A stretch of DNA of 64,000 nt from Aplysia californica (Eukaryota). Location of the stretch: contig NW_004797825.1 of assembly GCF_000002075.1 (NCBI RefSeq), positions 193,400-257,399 of the forward strand, given 5' to 3'. The translations under genes and the position numbers were made by a program. A model generated the notes under the pieces. That model was not told where the DNA came from and ran no database searches. It saw only the letters and a program-made list of their open reading frames with translations. Below, piece after piece: positions 61,171 through 64,000 of this stretch (positions within the stretch are counted from its first letter, which is position 1; every line of letters begins with the position of its first letter).

Positions 61171-62957
61171 TCTCACATTAAAAACCTATTCTTCTCAGAA
61201 AGCTGGAGACTGAACGGCAGAGCTTAGGTTCAGCTGACTATTTAGTTTTTAATTTACTGGACACAGACTGTTAACATATGGTATCTTATATTCAGGTTCC
61301 TCGTTAAGTGAGAAATTTGAGTTGGTACATATTTTCCCCGATTTCTTTTTATTGCATAATTAGTTTCCACTACTTCACCAACACATGCAAAACAGCCTTG
61401 ATTTGACCAAAAACATATTTTGCTGAAAAAACATGACATTTTTTAATGGCTACCTCACCTTTGTTTTTTGGTCTATGTTTCCACTTTTTAGAAAGATTTT
61501 GTTGTGTATTTCATACTTTAGCTAGTTTTGACACTATTTGGTTCCTATTTTCTATGTGTTGTGTGTTAGTATTCCTTGATAAAGTTTCTGAGCTATTATT
61601 TGAAGATCTTTGGTTTTTATTTATTTCTTTTTGGTTGGGGGATATTTGGTAATACTGTAACTTTCATACAAACACCAATAGGGACATGCTGCATAAAAAT
61701 GGCACAGATATCACAAAGGATCCAAGAGAAATAAATCTGTACATTTTTTATTAAGATTATTTTCCTTAGTTTCCATGGCATATGAGTTATGAAAGATTTT
61801 TAAAAATAAGCACCCGATTTTGATTTTCCCCTTAGAACTAAACAAATACAAAAAGTCCAAATTGTAAGTGATATAAGGGGTAGTGCTGGAGACAAAATTC
61901 TAATCCGTTTTAAATCGATCTGGTAACAGAAGTTAGGGGTCAATGTGCGGTGGAGGAAGTGAGGACAAAGGACAATTCTGATCCCAAAGATCTTTACAAA
62001 GGGTACATTGTTGAACTCGGCGCTGTGTTGGACATTACCTCTAAATTTCAATAGTTATGACTTGTTTCGGTCATGTATTCATTACAATGAACAAGTTACT
62101 GTCTGAAGATCATAGTATATAGTACAGACCGTTAACAGCTAAACTACACATACAGAGGTGGGGAATTTGTGGATAAATCCGGATTCCTGAAATCTTTCAG
62201 ATTTTACCGGACTTCAGGCTGATTGTTGAGAAAGTGTTGCTCTTCATAAAACTTTATTATAAACTCTTGATTCGAGATGTGTCAGACAAAATAATCTGTA
62301 AATTTTTAGTCCCTTTCCAATGGGGTCAGGAAAATTCAGGATTTAATTTTTGTAGCCAGTTGGTACCTCTTGCTCTTTGTTACATGCAACAAGAATGTAA
62401 GAGGTGTGTGAATAACTTCAGTTCCATCTATAACTGAGAAATATAAAGTACATTTTGTTGTGAAAAGTGGTACCGCTAGACATATTTGATTATTTTAAGA
62501 TTTAACCACGAAATTCAAGAGCAAATTTGAGAAATCAATTTGTAAGGGAATTAAGCATTGCTGACCTATGGTTCCTTTTGTCTTAACATTATTTCTTTCA
62601 TATAGTTGTAACGGTATAATTTTTGTCGAATGTTTATGGAATGGAAGGCTTCTGTGTCTTGTTTGAAGTATATGTACAAATATCAAGAATTTCTTATAGC
62701 TTGTTGATCAAATAATGAATAATGTGTCTTGATTTTACTGAATAACGAAATTATTTTTACTTTGTTGACAATTGTCCCATAACATTGATATCAGTGTGGT
62801 GTTATTGCTTTAATTCTCATACTGTATTCAGAGTCGTATATCTATAGAGGCTGCAAAATGTGTCTTAGCACCCAGTTGATCTGTCTCAGCTTTCAGACCT
62901 TCTTTCCCTGTTTGAGAGTCTGTGGCAGTAGCAGTAGGCAGCATAAAGGTGTGAAAG

Positions 62958-63222
62958 ATATTTGAATATTCTAACTAAGCTGGACTGGTCAGTTTTTGAA
63001 TATTTGAACTAGGCTTGACAGATCATTAAAAAAATATTTGAACTAGGCTTGACAGATTATTTTTTTTGAATATTTGAATTAGGTTTTACAGGGCTTCCCG
63101 GATCATTTTTTGAATATTTGAACTAGACTTGACAGGGCATGAAGAATCGTTTTTTGAATATTTGAACTAGGCTTGGTAGATCATTTTTTAAATATTTGAA
63201 CTAGGCTTGACAGATCATTATC
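62958..63222. repeat. minisatellite, about 7 copies of a 33-45-bp unit with core aatatttgaactaggcttgacagatca
   Basis: Direct reading of the tandem units. Confidence 0.9.
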
Positions 63223-64000
63223 TTCAGGAAGACCTTGTTAACACCATGTCCCCAGTGACAGCAGAAGTTCAAGGGTGTTTTTTTATATATCCGACGATGC
63301 TGACGACTTCATGTAGGCATCATTCTTCTGCACCCAAGTCTGACCAAGGTGCCCTACCATCGGAGGGTGGGGGGTGGGCGCATATCTGCACTAAGAATTA
63401 CTGACATGGATACCATTTTGAGGTATCTTTTCTTAGTGCTAACAATAGAGGCACAGCGTCTGTTTTATGTAAACTATCATCTCTGTTCTGTTTAAGGTAA
63501 CACTTTTATGTAAAATTGAATTGTTACTATGACTTTGATTTATTTGACCCAGAATATATTGCTAGCATGCTAAGCTGTTTGTCGCATAGTGAATATATGA
63601 CATGTAATTTTGTAATTTTTAGTTTCGCAATAAAAAGTTATAGCTCAGCTGATCACTATATTCCGCTCCTTAATTATGCTTACGAATAGAATACTCAAAA
63701 GTTGTAACTGTAACAGGTTATTTAACAAGTTTTGTTTGATCGTTTGTGAAATGTAAAATTGTCTTCATCGTACAGCCATTGTCATGCTGTTGTTATGTAA
63801 ACACTTCAGGTTAATGTATGTTTGCCTTATTGAGACTATTTTTGTTTTTACATGTTGGTTTGTTTTCTTTAAACATAAGTATGCGTTAATTTATTCTTTC
63901 TGTCCCCCTGTGATTGTAGTTAGTATTAACTGCATCAGCAAAAACTCAATTGTTTTCTATTTGTTTGTTTACTTTTTGGCAGAAGAAGGCAAAAATATTG

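Noticed and set aside
62958-63222. CRISPR-like repeat array
   Set aside because: Eukaryotic context, no cas genes, and linkers are short, related homopolymer-rich sequences rather than unique spacers.

Overview
AT-rich, intron-rich eukaryotic (animal) genomic DNA from a draft assembly with five N-gaps. The repeat content suggests a marine invertebrate, probably a mollusc (inference). Three complete spliced genes were reconstructed by hand with consistent exon phases. (1) RRP15: + strand, 5 exons, 9959-18458, 262 aa. (2) An RDH11/12/13-like short-chain dehydrogenase: - strand, 7 exons, 43474-27186, about 374 aa. (3) CNIH4 (cornichon homolog 4): + strand, 5 exons, 44112-56786, 142 aa; its 5.6-kb first intron is a U12-type (minor spliceosome) intron. 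RDH and CNIH4 are head-to-head, with 637 bp between the ATGs. A probable first coding exon of an unidentified - strand gene lies at 3693-3394. The rest is dense in mobile DNA: a 5'-truncated RTE LINE, a decayed Tc1 element nested in a ~5.8-kb element with 27-bp terminal inverted repeats (TIRs), several TA-flanked pogo/Tigger-like MITEs, and a TTAA piggyBac-like MITE inserted into a SINE promoter. It also holds two tRNA-headed SINE families, a headless ~180-bp retroposon family, a hairpin-ended element family clustered next to promoters, a bipartite RTE derivative, a foldback-like inverted repeat, and tandem repeats and microsatellites. No prokaryotic systems, CRISPR arrays, rRNA or intact tRNA genes were found. 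I did not find a clearly novel biological system; the best leads are structural and evolutionary.
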